Notes: generated from the letters alone by a model not told the origin. Positions 1 through 9,890 are shown, numbered from the stretch's first letter. The stretch is DNA of 64,000 bases from an uncultured Verrucomicrobia subdivision 3 bacterium (GCA_903850425.1 CAINLR010000048.1:1364-65363), one strand, 5' to 3'. Numbers and translations are program-made.

Positions 1-557
1 AAAATCAGATGCAACAAACCCATCCACAGAACGGATTCGGTGGATTGCGAAAAAATCCATGCGACGGGCGCGAAGCCGATGAGCAGGATGGTCATCAACA
101 TCAACATTCCCGCCAGCAGTCCGGCCACCTCGCTGAGCCGCGCCTGTGAGCCGCTCAGGCAGGTGAAGATGTAGAGGCTCGGCAGACAGATTCCCGCCGA
201 AATCATCAGGCCCGCGGCGATTTTTACTGGCGCAATCCAGAGCTGGGTGCCGCCGGAAAACGTGCCGGCCACAACGCCGTAAATCAGGCTGGAAACAAAG
301 GCGGTGAACAGCATGGCGGCAATCAATTCGCCCGCGCCCGGCTGGCGCAGTTGGAACAGCAACCGTCGCGGCTGGCGCAGCAGCGCTTCGATGGCGGCGA
401 AGGCGTGCGGGATGGGCACGCGCTCGGCGGGATCGTCGCCCAGCGGACGCGGCCCGGACAACGGCGGCGGCGGCACGGGCTCGTAAATTTTGGCGGCGAA
501 TTTTTGCGCGGATTCCGACGGTGGAATTTGCGGCGGGACCGGATTGTTTTCGTTCAT
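1..557 (-). CDS. Multi-pass membrane protein (Yip1-like), runs off the window edge; paralog-like to 576..1301
   Basis: Not in the ORF track. Manual translation from ATG at 557: MNENNPVPPQIPP...LIYGVVAGTFSGGTQLWIAPVKIAAGLMISAGICLPSLYIF...FAPVAWIFSQST, open to position 1. Confidence 0.75.
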   Translation of the reverse strand, partial: MNENNPVPPQIPPSESAQKFAAKIYEPVPPPPLSGPRPLGDDPAERVPIPHAFAAIEALLRQPRRLLFQLRQPGAGELIAAMLFTAFVSSLIYGVVAGTFSGGTQLWIAPVKIAAGLMISAGICLPSLYIFTCLSGSQARLSEVAGLLAGMLMLMTILLIGFAPVAWIFSQSTESVLWMGLLHLI

Positions 558-575
558 AATTTGATGGTGGTTGAT

Positions 576-1301
576 TTAGTCGTTTGGAAACACATGCAGG
601 ATGGAGCTGAGAACATTTTCGTAGAAATTGCCATGCAATGCGCCGTCGCGGAAGAACTGCACCGGCAGCGTCGGTGAACCGATGAACGGGCGCAAAATCC
701 ACGAGAGCTGGCTGCCGAGAAAGAGATTGCCCGCCAGCCACGCGAATAATACGCGGAACGCCACGTCCCGACTGCCGCCGAGCCGCACGAGCAGTTGGAG
801 CAAACGCACGTTTCCCATCGTGCCGGCGAAAGTGATCACGGCGACGTGTGCGAGCTTGATCAAGTTGTAAGCCGGCAGCGAAATCGCCTGGGTGGTCATC
901 AGCGGCGCGTTCCACGTCAGGAAAGCCATCAACGGACTGAACGCACCGAGAATCGCCGCCGCGATGGTGTGGCTCATCAGGATCGCGGAGAACGACTGGC
1001 GGAAAGGAATATTCAACCCGAGCAGCGGCGCGAGCATGGCGTTGATGAGCGCATTGCCCAGCATCGTGAGCAGGATGATGAGCGGAAATTTGATGGCGAC
1101 GAACAGCGCCTGCTGGGGATCGCGCCACCAGCCCATCGCCGCGCCATAGCAGCCCGCACCCAAGACAATGACGGTGAGATGGAGCAGCAGCCGTGGCGGA
1201 TTCCACTGCTCGCTCCATCCGGAAATCGCCTCGGATTCACCGCGCAACAGCGTGGCGATTTCAGCCGGATGGATTTTTAGGTTTGCGGCTGGCGGGTGCA
1301 T
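576..1301 (-). CDS. Multi-pass membrane protein (Yip1-like hypothetical)
   Basis: 241 aa, several hydrophobic helices, C-terminal SQLSWILRPFIGSP motif; operonic with neighbours. Confidence 0.75.
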   Translation of the reverse strand: MHPPAANLKIHPAEIATLLRGESEAISGWSEQWNPPRLLLHLTVIVLGAGCYGAAMGWWRDPQQALFVAIKFPLIILLTMLGNALINAMLAPLLGLNIPFRQSFSAILMSHTIAAAILGAFSPLMAFLTWNAPLMTTQAISLPAYNLIKLAHVAVITFAGTMGNVRLLQLLVRLGGSRDVAFRVLFAWLAGNLFLGSQLSWILRPFIGSPTLPVQFFRDGALHGNFYENVLSSILHVFPND

Positions 1302-2035
1302 TCAAATTGATCCACAGGTGTTTTAACTTCTGTCCGAGTTATCATCAACCATTGGCGAACGATGTCCATCACTGGCGCGGCCATCAGGACCCACGCAACC
1401 AGAAATAGCGGCCAGTTAAATTTTTCCGGCAGGACGGTGCGGATGGCCTCCAGCCCCTGCTGCGAAGCGACGATGCTGTCGGCCATAAAAACATAAAGCG
1501 CGAGCACCACTCCGGAGAAATTCAATAGCCACATGCGCCAGTTGGACCGCAGCGGGGTGGGGCGGCGTTCAAATTGAATGGCCAGCGTGCCCCACAAAAT
1601 CATCAGCAGCGCAATCAGCCCCGGTGCGAGCACCGGTCCCCACCACGGCAGCGGCAGCAGGAAAAGCACGTCCCAGTCGAGCAGCGAATGTGGCCAGCCA
1701 TACATGAGCTTGAGGAAGACGTAATAAAAAATGTCCCAAACGCCAAAGGCGATCAAGGCATATCCCCACCGCGCCCGCCAAGTCCGGCCCGCGAGCACGC
1801 CCACCGTGAACAGCATGACCAGCGTGGCGAATTCGCGCGGCAGCTCCACTGCGGCGAAGCCGCCAACGACCGGCAGCGGATTCGGCTGATGCGGTTCGAG
1901 ACGGTCAATCATCGTGCGCAAGTAGAAGACGACGGCGGCTTCCACCCACGCCATCGCCACCGCGTAAAGAGCGACGATGAGCCAGCGGTGGACGTTTGAT
2001 TGATTGATTTTCATTGGTGGGAAGGCCGGCATCAA
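1277..2035 (-). CDS. Conserved hypothetical membrane protein
   Basis: About 250 aa hydrophobic ORF with AMAWVEAAVVFYLR, REFATLVML and WDIFYYVFL motifs; overlaps the ispH stop. Confidence 0.75.
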   Translation of the reverse strand: MMPAFPPMKINQSNVHRWLIVALYAVAMAWVEAAVVFYLRTMIDRLEPHQPNPLPVVGGFAAVELPREFATLVMLFTVGVLAGRTWRARWGYALIAFGVWDIFYYVFLKLMYGWPHSLLDWDVLFLLPLPWWGPVLAPGLIALLMILWGTLAIQFERRPTPLRSNWRMWLLNFSGVVLALYVFMADSIVASQQGLEAIRTVLPEKFNWPLFLVAWVLMAAPVMDIVRQWLMITRTEVKTPVDQFECTRQPQT

Positions 2036-2955
2036 TGACGCCCCGCCAGCATGGGAGCGCCGGCTTCCGGCACGGCGCGCTGTTGATGATTTGGCTCAAA
2101 CGCGCCGTGCCCGGAAGCCGGCGCTCCAAATTCTTTTAGTTGTCGCTCGACTTCAGAAATAATTTTGTCGGGCGTCGAAGTTCCCGCCGTGATCCCAACG
2201 GCGTCTTCTTGCTGAAACCATTCTTCGCGCAAGTCGGCGGCGGTCTGGATGTGATGCACGCGGGAGCAATGCTGTCCGCAGGTGCGGACGAGTTCGTGCG
2301 TGTTATTGCTGTGCGCGCCGCCGATGACCACCACCACGTCGCTGTGCTTGGCCAGTTCCACGGCGGCGTGCTGGCGCTGTTTGGTCGGCTGGCAAACCGT
2401 GTCAATGAATCGAGCCTCGGCCTGGGGAAATTGTTTCCGCAGCAACCCGACCAGATGCCGCACTTTCTCAATCGGCTGCGTGGTCTGGGCAATGACGCCG
2501 AAGCGCGGGCGGGCGGTCAGTTGCGCGATGTCCGCTTCGGTCAACACCACGTCAACGTCCGGCAAATCCTCCGTCATGCCGCGCACCTCCACGTGATCGC
2601 GCTTGCCGATGATGACCGGGTGAAATCCCTCGCGCACCAGCTTCGCGAGACTGCGATGCGCCACCTGGACCAGCGGACACGTGGCCTCCAGCACATTCAA
2701 TCCGCGCCGATGCGATTCGCCGATGCGGCGTTCCGAGGCGCCGTGCGCAGTGATCATCACCGTGGGCGTGGCCACGGCGTCGGGCGTCTGCTCGATGCGC
2801 ACGCCCCGCGCCCGCAACTCGGCCAGGACGGTTTCGTTGTGAACCAGCTCACCCAGGACGGTGAGCGGTTCATGTTCGGCAGTGGTGACGGCCAGCGCGA
2901 TGGCGTCGCGGACGCCAAAGCACATGCCCAGATGTTCAGCTTTGAGGATTTTCAT
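2032..2955 (-). CDS. ispH: 4-hydroxy-3-methylbut-2-enyl diphosphate reductase
   Basis: GMCFGV, VHN, AHG, ATCPLV, HVEV, QTT, TVC, SNNT and AGTSTP motifs; three Fe-S Cys ligands present. Confidence 0.95.
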   Translation of the reverse strand: MKILKAEHLGMCFGVRDAIALAVTTAEHEPLTVLGELVHNETVLAELRARGVRIEQTPDAVATPTVMITAHGASERRIGESHRRGLNVLEATCPLVQVAHRSLAKLVREGFHPVIIGKRDHVEVRGMTEDLPDVDVVLTEADIAQLTARPRFGVIAQTTQPIEKVRHLVGLLRKQFPQAEARFIDTVCQPTKQRQHAAVELAKHSDVVVVIGGAHSNNTHELVRTCGQHCSRVHHIQTAADLREEWFQQEDAVGITAGTSTPDKIISEVERQLKEFGAPASGHGAFEPNHQQRAVPEAGAPMLAGRH

Positions 2956-2991
2956 TTTGAATTGGCGTTAAGATCTGGCGATTGCCGAAAT

Positions 2992-3327
2992 TCAGAAGGT
3001 CGTGACACCGTCGCAAGTGACGGTGAAATTGGTTGAAACCGTCATGATGATCTCCTTCATTCCGTTCCAAGGATCCTTCGGCGACGGTTCCGAGAAATGT
3101 CTGCCGTTGGCATCGAAATCCAGCTTGAATTCACCACTGCTGCTTTGAAGTGGAACATGCTGCTGCGCGCCGGGGGCCAGTGATCCGACCGAGTTCGTGA
3201 ACCGGGAGCCGGCAACGGTGATGTTCGTGAGGGTGGTGGTGGATTCGTTGACCACGGTGAGTTGCACGTCGCGGGTGCAGCCAGTCAGCAAAATGGCGAC
3301 GGAGGCGAGGGCGAGTAATGTTTTCAT
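2992..3327 (-). CDS. Small lipoprotein
   Basis: Signal peptide MKTLLALASVAILLTGC with lipobox. Confidence 0.75.
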   Translation of the reverse strand: MKTLLALASVAILLTGCTRDVQLTVVNESTTTLTNITVAGSRFTNSVGSLAPGAQQHVPLQSSSGEFKLDFDANGRHFSEPSPKDPWNGMKEIIMTVSTNFTVTCDGVTTF

Positions 3328-3368
3328 GGTGCGTTGTATGTGAATTGAGGTTGTTGTTGGAAATTTAA

Positions 3369-3385
3369 GCTTTGCGGCACAAAGT
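3369..3385. promoter_or_regulatory. Palindromic operator CTTTG-N5-CAAAG (copy 1)
   Basis: GCTTTGCGGCACAAAGT upstream of the lipoprotein-ispH operon; second copy at 4371. Confidence 0.6.
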
Positions 3386-3423
3386 AACAGACCGCGACGA
3401 TTTATTTTTGTTCAAAGGATTTT

Positions 3424-3729
3424 TCACGGCTTGTGTTGGCGGACAATTTTCTCCAGCAGGTCAATGTAGCTGGCGAAGGCTTTGCGGCCCGCCGCCGTCA
3501 GCGTGCAGGTCGTGAGCGGGCGGTTGTTTTGATAGGACTTGGCCACGGAGACATAGCCTTCCTGCTGCAAGGTTTTGATGTGCGTGGTGAGATTGCCATC
3601 GGTCATGCCGAGGGCGTCGCGCATTTCGGTGAAGGACAATTCTGGCGTGGCGGCGAGCATGGACATGATGGCCAGCCGGCCTTTCTCGTGGATCAAGCGA
3701 TCCAACTGCAAGAACGGTTCCGGGTTCAC
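3424..3729 (-). CDS. Winged-helix transcriptional regulator (HTH_34/MarR-ArsR-like)
   Basis: GTG start overlaps the upstream stop (GTGA); LDRLIHEKGRLAIMS..LSFTEMRDALGMTDGNLTTHIKTL. Confidence 0.88.
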   Translation of the reverse strand: MNPEPFLQLDRLIHEKGRLAIMSMLAATPELSFTEMRDALGMTDGNLTTHIKTLQQEGYVSVAKSYQNNRPLTTCTLTAAGRKAFASYIDLLEKIVRQHKP

Positions 3730-4370
3730 GCGATGGGACTTTTCTTTTCGGTCAGATACAAATAAATGCCGTAGGCCAGGTGCTGTCCGCCGAAGATGGC
3801 GCCCATGTAGATGTGCGGTGAAATCTGCGCCACCGCACTTCCGCCATAGCTGATTCCCACCAGCATACCGGTGCCGGAAAGCACATAAATCCAGCCCAGC
3901 CAGCGCACACCGCGCGGCATGAAAAATCCTGCGGCATGAGCGGCACAGCCGTAGAACCACGACCACAACATGACCAGCATGAACTGCATTCCGCCATCGT
4001 GCATGCCGCCATGCGCGGTGACAATCAGCGCGAGCATCGCCACGGTCAAACCGACGGAGAAGGCTGGCAACAACGCCTGCGCCACGCGGCGCGTCGGCGG
4101 CGACCAGAACGGTTCGGAATCGTTCAACGCTTGGCGGCGCACCAGCAGCAAAGAGCCGATGAGCGAAACCACAGCAACCCCCAGCCAGAGCAGAATGAAC
4201 GCGGCATTGGAGTCGCACTTGGCCAGCACGCCCACGAGGCTGCCGAGAATTCCCGCCGAACCGGTGACCAGCATGATCGGTGCGAGTGCGCGGCGATAGA
4301 CGGCGGAGCGTTCCATCAGCGTGCGGATGGTCTGGAGGTTTTCTTCGGCCCAGTTCGGTTGCATGGACAT
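3726..4370 (-). CDS. Membrane protein co-transcribed with the wHTH regulator
   Basis: AEENLQTIRTLMERS N-terminus followed by about 6 TM segments. Confidence 0.78.
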   Translation of the reverse strand: MSMQPNWAEENLQTIRTLMERSAVYRRALAPIMLVTGSAGILGSLVGVLAKCDSNAAFILLWLGVAVVSLIGSLLLVRRQALNDSEPFWSPPTRRVAQALLPAFSVGLTVAMLALIVTAHGGMHDGGMQFMLVMLWSWFYGCAAHAAGFFMPRGVRWLGWIYVLSGTGMLVGISYGGSAVAQISPHIYMGAIFGGQHLAYGIYLYLTEKKSPIA

Positions 4371-4387
4371 ACTTTGCCAGGCAAAGC
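4371..4387. promoter_or_regulatory. Palindromic operator CTTTG-N5-CAAAG (copy 2)
   Basis: ACTTTGCCAGGCAAAGC directly abutting the start codon at 4370. Confidence 0.6.
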
Positions 4388-4541
4388 GCAAGTCGGCAAG
4401 CGGCAAAATTCGCGGGCTTTCACTTGAGCGCAACGCGCCGCTACCACCGGAGCGCCGGTCTTGTGGCCGCAGTCGAGCCGTGTTCGGAGCGCCCAAGAAT
4501 CTTCGTGTTCTTTGCGCGATTGCGGCTATTTTATTTTGGCC

Positions 4542-4922
4542 ATGCCGCCCAAACCAAAATCTTCCGCCCGCGCCCGCGTGCTCGCGCAATGGCGGGGCGT
4601 GGATTTAACGTCCGCAGAAAAAGGGCGTGCAGACCGCGCGCGCCGCGCCGCCGACGTGCTGCCGGGGCTGATGAAGGATTTGAAGCTGGATTCGCGCCGC
4701 GCCGAGGCCGAGGTCGGCAAGGTCTGGAACGAGTTGATTGACCCGAACGTGACCGCCCACGCGCAACCGGCCGGCGTGCGCAACGGCACCCTCTTCGTCG
4801 AGGTGGACAGCAGCGTTTGGCTTTCCGAAATCGTCCGCTACCGGCGCAAGGAAATCCTGGACCGGCTGCAGCACAGCTTCGGCAAATCGGTGATCCAGAA
4901 AATTTCCTTCCGCGTCGGCTAA
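4542..4922 (+). CDS. DUF721/DciA family protein
   Basis: WNELI..VTAHAQP..VRNGTLFVEVDSSVWLSEI..I.FRVG pattern. Confidence 0.85.
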   Translation: MPPKPKSSARARVLAQWRGVDLTSAEKGRADRARRAADVLPGLMKDLKLDSRRAEAEVGKVWNELIDPNVTAHAQPAGVRNGTLFVEVDSSVWLSEIVRYRRKEILDRLQHSFGKSVIQKISFRVG

Positions 4923-4982
4923 AGTTGGCGTTCACGCTTCAGCGGATCTGGCCGGTGCCACGCGGAAGCGTGAACGCCAACT

Positions 4983-5486
4983 TTATTGCATCCGCTTCAA
5001 CTGTGCGGGCGTGACCAGCCAGGCGAGCGTTGCGCCTTTTCCCGCGCACAACTTTGCCACTTCCAGTTTTGCCAGACCGCCTTTTTTGAGGGCGAAGCCC
5101 GCACCCGCGCGGCCGCTGACGAGCAAGGAAATGAGTCCACTCAAATCCGGTTCGTGGCCGACGAGTAAAATATTTTCCCGCTTTGACTTCAGTCCGGCGA
5201 GGCGTTGCATCAGTTTTTTCAGGTCGCCGCCCGGTTGTAGTTCGTCCGCGAACGCGAGCTGCTGTTTCAATTTCATTTCCGCCGCGACGATTTCTGTAGT
5301 TTGTTTCGCGCGGAGAAACGGACTCGAAAGAATCAAATCGAACGACAACTCCAGCCGCTGCATCGCCCGCGTGATTTTACGCAGCTCCCGCCGGCCTTGG
5401 GGCGTGAGCGGGCGGGCGGCGTCGTGGGCAAAACCAGCCGTGCCGCGTTCCACCGCGAGGCCGTGGCGCAGAAGAAAAAGTTCCAT
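4983..5486 (-). CDS. sixA: Phosphohistidine phosphatase SixA
   Basis: LLRHG, RPLT..G, SSPFLRAKQT, LVGHEP motifs. Confidence 0.9.
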   Translation of the reverse strand: MELFLLRHGLAVERGTAGFAHDAARPLTPQGRRELRKITRAMQRLELSFDLILSSPFLRAKQTTEIVAAEMKLKQQLAFADELQPGGDLKKLMQRLAGLKSKRENILLVGHEPDLSGLISLLVSGRAGAGFALKKGGLAKLEVAKLCAGKGATLAWLVTPAQLKRMQ

Positions 5487-5646
5487 GCCGGCAATTTAGC
5501 CGGACCGGCTTCCCGCCTGTCGAGTCTCTTTTGCATTAGAAAGGGAGTTCCGCCCGGACCGGTGCGCCGGCGATCCCGCCAGCGCCAGCGAAATGTCACA
5601 ATTATATTTTTGGTTTTCGCGGCGAAATTTCCTATCGTTTGCGCCG

Positions 5647-6588
5647 ATGGAACCTGTCCGCCGCGCCGTCATTGATGTCGGCACCAACTCGATCAAGCTG
5701 CTGGTGGCCGACGTGTCGGGACGCGCGGTGCAGCCTTTGCACGAAGAAAGCCGGCAGACGCGGCTGGGGCAGAAATTTTACGAGACCCACCAACTCCAGG
5801 CCCACGCCATCGCCCAGACCGCCGTCGCCGTCGCGGATTTTGCGCGGACCGCGCGCGACCGACAATCCTCCAGCATCCGCGTCATTGCCACCAGCGCCGC
5901 CCGCGACGCGGTCAACGCGGACGAATTGCTCCAGGCCATCTTCACCGCCTCCGGCTTGAAAGCAGAAATCATTTCCGGTGCGCGCGAGGCGGAGTGGGCG
6001 TTTCAAGGCGTGGCGACGGACGCGGAACTTGCGCCGCTGCCGCTCTTGCTGCTGGATGTTGGCGGCGGCAGCACGGAATTTATTCTCGGCCACGGCACGA
6101 AGAAAAGTTTCGCGCACAGCTTTCCGCTCGGCACGGTGCGGCTGATGGAAAAATTTCCGCACAGTGATCCGCCGACGAGCGCCGAATTCACCGCTTGCCA
6201 GGAATGGTTGAAAAAATTTCTGCATGGCGAAGTCCGGCCGCAGCTTGGTCCCGCATTGGCGCTGGAAACCAAGCCCGTTCAACTCGTCGGCACCGGCGGC
6301 ACCACGAGCATTCTGGCGCGCATCGAGAAAAAGTTGGATCGCTTCGACCGCGACAAAATCGAACACACTATTTTGACCTTTGAGCAAGTGGTCGCGCACC
6401 GGAAACATCTCTGGAGCCTGCCACTGGCCGAGCGCAAGGAAGTCCACGGTCTGCCGAAGCTGCGCGCGGACGTGATCCTCACCGGCGTTTTGATTTACGA
6501 AGCGGTGATGGCGGAATTTGATTTCACCGAACTGCGCATCAGCACGCGCGGGCTGCGGTTTGCCGCCGTGATGGACGCCCCGGAATAA
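5647..6588 (+). CDS. ppx: Ppx/GppA phosphatase (short form, no HD domain)
   Basis: IDVGTNS, ATSAARDA, EAE, DVGGGSTE, GTGGT, GLR motifs. Confidence 0.9.
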   Translation: MEPVRRAVIDVGTNSIKLLVADVSGRAVQPLHEESRQTRLGQKFYETHQLQAHAIAQTAVAVADFARTARDRQSSSIRVIATSAARDAVNADELLQAIFTASGLKAEIISGAREAEWAFQGVATDAELAPLPLLLLDVGGGSTEFILGHGTKKSFAHSFPLGTVRLMEKFPHSDPPTSAEFTACQEWLKKFLHGEVRPQLGPALALETKPVQLVGTGGTTSILARIEKKLDRFDRDKIEHTILTFEQVVAHRKHLWSLPLAERKEVHGLPKLRADVILTGVLIYEAVMAEFDFTELRISTRGLRFAAVMDAPE

Positions 6589-6716
6589 TCCGCCACAAGA
6601 AGTAATAACAACGACTGACGCCTTCCGGGTGAGACACAACCGTTTGAGTGCGATCCGTATTTGCGAAATGAAATACTGAACATTCTTGCCGCAGTGGCAT
6701 CCAAGGCTTGACCACC

Positions 6717-7649
6717 ATGCGCCACGCCAAAAAAATCCTGATTCCAGTGCTGCTGCTGGTGGGTGTTGGGTTGGTGGTGCTGGCTGTCCGAACCAGCCCG
6801 GCAAATTTGTCGAGGAATATCGGAAACGACGCAGGCAGCACCAATAGCACTCCTTCTCTGGCCGAGCGAAACAGGCTGACTAGAGGAGATAGACTAAAGT
6901 GGTTGGAGCAGAATGGGCGGGTGCCTGACGATGCGGAATACGGAGATAACGACTGGTATTTGGCACAAAATACCAGTTGGTGGGGGAAGCCCATTGATCC
7001 AAAGATATTTTGGAAAAATAGAGTAATTTGGGATGATGATAGTGCTGATCTCGCAGCAAGACGCCATGGGCGAGCGTATCCGCCAATCCCTAATGGAGAG
7101 TCAATGTTCGCTGGACTGCCGGATGATGCAAAAATATACTGGAATTCCTTTCATCTTGATAGTCGCAATTTACATTTTGCCGTTTCCTCAAAGGAAAATG
7201 CCTTTTGGGATTGGTTTGCAAAAAATAGACCCCGCCCCCCAAAAGATCTTGCGTTGGAGCAAATATCTGCTGCTGAACGGGTAATGAATTTAAAGGGTGT
7301 TATTAAGAAAGAAAACGTAACAAAGATGGCAATCATACTTGGCTGCCCGGTTGAAATGTTGACAGACGATGCGCTCTCCTGGACTTATGTCCTCGAAAGT
7401 CGTAAGGAATACGAACAATTACTGGGTAAGCGGTTTTCTACAGACAGGTTCTTATCACTATTAGTTGTGAGCACAAACCTTATCACCGAGCCTCTGACGT
7501 CCGACCAACTCAAAGCCGCCAACGCCTGGAAACTGGCCTATCTGCAACGGCTGCGCCGGGAGAAAACGGATGAGCAGTATATCCAAGCTTATCTCAAGGC
7601 CTGGAAGCTGACCGAGAGTGAAGTGTTTGGTCCGGCAGATGTCAAATGA
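6717..7649 (+). CDS. Hypothetical exported or membrane-anchored protein with AT-rich core
   Basis: About 310 aa ORF, N-terminal hydrophobic helix, visibly lower GC than its neighbours. Confidence 0.65.
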   Translation: MRHAKKILIPVLLLVGVGLVVLAVRTSPANLSRNIGNDAGSTNSTPSLAERNRLTRGDRLKWLEQNGRVPDDAEYGDNDWYLAQNTSWWGKPIDPKIFWKNRVIWDDDSADLAARRHGRAYPPIPNGESMFAGLPDDAKIYWNSFHLDSRNLHFAVSSKENAFWDWFAKNRPRPPKDLALEQISAAERVMNLKGVIKKENVTKMAIILGCPVEMLTDDALSWTYVLESRKEYEQLLGKRFSTDRFLSLLVVSTNLITEPLTSDQLKAANAWKLAYLQRLRREKTDEQYIQAYLKAWKLTESEVFGPADVK

Positions 7650-7716
7650 CCCGCTGCTCGAAAAGTTTTTGTGGGTGATTGGCCTGGTTTTCCTGCACTG
7701 GCCAGCAACCGGCCCG

Positions 7717-7750
7717 ATTCTTCATTCTTCATTTTTCATTCTTCATTCCT
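7717..7750. repeat. Intergenic heptamer tandem repeat (ATTCTTC)x4-5
   Basis: attcttc attcttc atttttc attcttc attcct. Confidence 0.85.
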
Positions 7751-7762
7751 TATCGTTCCACC

Positions 7763-8656
7763 ATGCGCGTTTTAATTGTCGGCTGCGGTTACGTCGGCCT
7801 GCCGCTCGGGGCGGAACTGGTTCGGCAAGGCCATGAAGTTTTTGGCCTGCGACGCAGCGCGCTGGCGGAAACGGAATTGAAAGCCGCCGGCATCACGCCG
7901 CTTCTGGCCGACATCACGCGCCCGGAAACGTTGGCACCGCTGCCGCGCGATTTTGATTGGGTCGTGAACTGCACCGCGTCCGGCGGCGGCGGCGCGGAGG
8001 ATTATCGAAAAATTTATCTCGAAGGAAATCGCAATCTGATGGCGTGGCTCGCGGGCTCGCCGCTGAAAAAGTTCATCTACACCAGCAGCACTAGCGTTTA
8101 TGGCCAGAACGATGGCTCGGTCGTCACGGAACAAAGTCCGGTCGAGCCGGACGCGCCGACGTCCCGGATTTTGGTCGCGACGGAGAAGCTGTTGCTGGCG
8201 GCCGTGGCCGAACGCAACTTCCCGGCGGCGATTTTACGCGTGGCGGGAATCTACGGCCCGACGCGCGGTCATTCCTTCAAGGCGTTTCTGCGCGGCGAGG
8301 CGCGCATCGAGGGCGACGGCGCGCGGGTGCTGAACATGATTCATCGCGATGACGTGATCGGGGCTATCATCGCTGCGTTGCGCGCCGCGAAGCCCGGCGA
8401 AATTTACAACGCGGCAGACCACGAGCCGGTGAGCCAGCTCAATTTTTTTAAGTGGCTGGCAGCGGAACTCAAGCAGCCCATGCCGCCCGTCATCCCGGCG
8501 GACGCGGAAGCGTGGCGACGGCGCGGCGTGACCAACAAGCAGGTGAGCAACGCCAGGCTGCGTGCGGAATTGAAGTATGAATTTCAGTTCCCGGATTTCC
8601 GCGCCGGCTACGCGGCGGAATTGCGGCGACCTGCGGGAAATTCCCCAACGAGTTAG
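7763..8656 (+). CDS. NAD-dependent epimerase/dehydratase (atypical SDR)
   Basis: GCGYVG Rossmann motif, SSTSVYG, LRVAGIYGP, IHRDD. Confidence 0.88.
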   Translation: MRVLIVGCGYVGLPLGAELVRQGHEVFGLRRSALAETELKAAGITPLLADITRPETLAPLPRDFDWVVNCTASGGGGAEDYRKIYLEGNRNLMAWLAGSPLKKFIYTSSTSVYGQNDGSVVTEQSPVEPDAPTSRILVATEKLLLAAVAERNFPAAILRVAGIYGPTRGHSFKAFLRGEARIEGDGARVLNMIHRDDVIGAIIAALRAAKPGEIYNAADHEPVSQLNFFKWLAAELKQPMPPVIPADAEAWRRRGVTNKQVSNARLRAELKYEFQFPDFRAGYAAELRRPAGNSPTS

Positions 8657-8857
8657 CGCTTGGTTTCAGCAGCCAGCTGGCAGCGAAATTTTCACGCGGT
8701 CCAATCCGTTCACCAGATTTTTGTTTTCATAATTTTCTGGCCCGACTGTCGGCGGGCCAGAATCAGACGATTGAGCCGGGCAAACTCCAGCCGGATAACC
8801 GCGGGATCGCTATCCGACTGGTTTGTTTCAGAACGTGTTCAATCCGCTATTGATGAT

Positions 8858-9748
8858 TCACAATTTCTGGCCCGTCAGCCTTTCATACGCCTCCAAATAT
8901 GTCGCGCTGGTTTTGGCGACGACGTCGTCCGGCAGCTTGGGGCCGGGCGGAGTTTTGTTCCAGTCGAGCGTTTCGAGATAGTCGCGGACGAATTGTTTGT
9001 CGAAGCTCGGCTGGCCGCGACCGGGCGCGTATTGGTCGGCGGGCCAGAAGCGGGAGGAATCGGGCGTCAACACTTCATCAATCAAAATCAATTTGCCCTC
9101 GAACAGGCCGAACTCGAATTTCGTGTCGGCGATGATGATGCCGCGTTGGCGGGCGTAATCGCGTCCGGCTTTGTAGATTTTCAGGCTCAAGTCGCGCGCC
9201 TGCTTGGCGAGGTCGGGGCCGACAATCTTGCACGCTTCGTCGAAGGAAATGTTTTCGTCGTGGCCGGCCTCGGCCTTGGTGGACGGCGTGAAAATCGGTT
9301 CGGGCAGTTCGGCGGATTCGGTCAGGCCGGCGGGCAGCTTGATGCCGCAAACGGTCTGCGATTTTTTGTATTCCTTCCAGCCGCTGCCGGAAAGATAGCC
9401 GCGCACGATGCATTCGATGGCGAGCGGCTTGGCCTTTTTCACGATCATCGAGCGGCGCGCCAGTTGCTTGGCGAACGGCTGCAAATTCTTTGGCAGCGGA
9501 TCATCGGCTTTGGCGAGCAGATGATTCGGCACGAGCGAAGCAAATTTCTCGAACCAGAAATGCGAGATCTGCGTGAGCACCTCGCCCTTGCGCGGGATGC
9601 CATTGGGCATGATGACGTCGAAAGCGGAAATGCGGTCGCTGGCGACGAGCAGGAAGCGGTCGCCGAGGTCGAAGACTTCGCGGACCTTGCCGGAGCGGAT
9701 TTTTTTGATGCCGGGCAGATCGAGCTTGAGAATCGGGGCGTTGTTCAT
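8858..9748 (-). CDS. purC: SAICAR synthetase
   Basis: GKVREVF, SDRISAFD, ECIVRGYLSGS, DTKFEFG, DEVLTPDSSRFW, DKQFVRDYL. Confidence 0.97.
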   Translation of the reverse strand: MNNAPILKLDLPGIKKIRSGKVREVFDLGDRFLLVASDRISAFDVIMPNGIPRKGEVLTQISHFWFEKFASLVPNHLLAKADDPLPKNLQPFAKQLARRSMIVKKAKPLAIECIVRGYLSGSGWKEYKKSQTVCGIKLPAGLTESAELPEPIFTPSTKAEAGHDENISFDEACKIVGPDLAKQARDLSLKIYKAGRDYARQRGIIIADTKFEFGLFEGKLILIDEVLTPDSSRFWPADQYAPGRGQPSFDKQFVRDYLETLDWNKTPPGPKLPDDVVAKTSATYLEAYERLTGQKL

Positions 9749-9890
9749 CGCGCAAAAAATAAAGAGGCCGGGCCGAAGTTCAAAGCCGAAAGTGGGAAAA
9801 GCTCCAAGCGCCGAACCAAACGGCGAGCGCGGGGCTTTCCCGGCGTGGGAATTTCTTGCGAGCCAGGCGCTGGGAAGGTGGCAGATTAAT

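Noticed and set aside
3730-4218. N-terminal extension of the 264-aa ORF on the wHTH gene
   Set aside because: It overlaps the membrane-protein gene in another frame. The GTG at 3729, coupled to the upstream stop, is the plausible start.
8660-9889. 409-aa plus-strand ORF, and similar long shadow ORFs (5632..6804, 25588..26973, 27195..28487, 48588..50006, 55570..57117, 59113..60417)
   Set aside because: They are antisense shadows of well-supported genes, expected in high-GC DNA, and carry no motifs.
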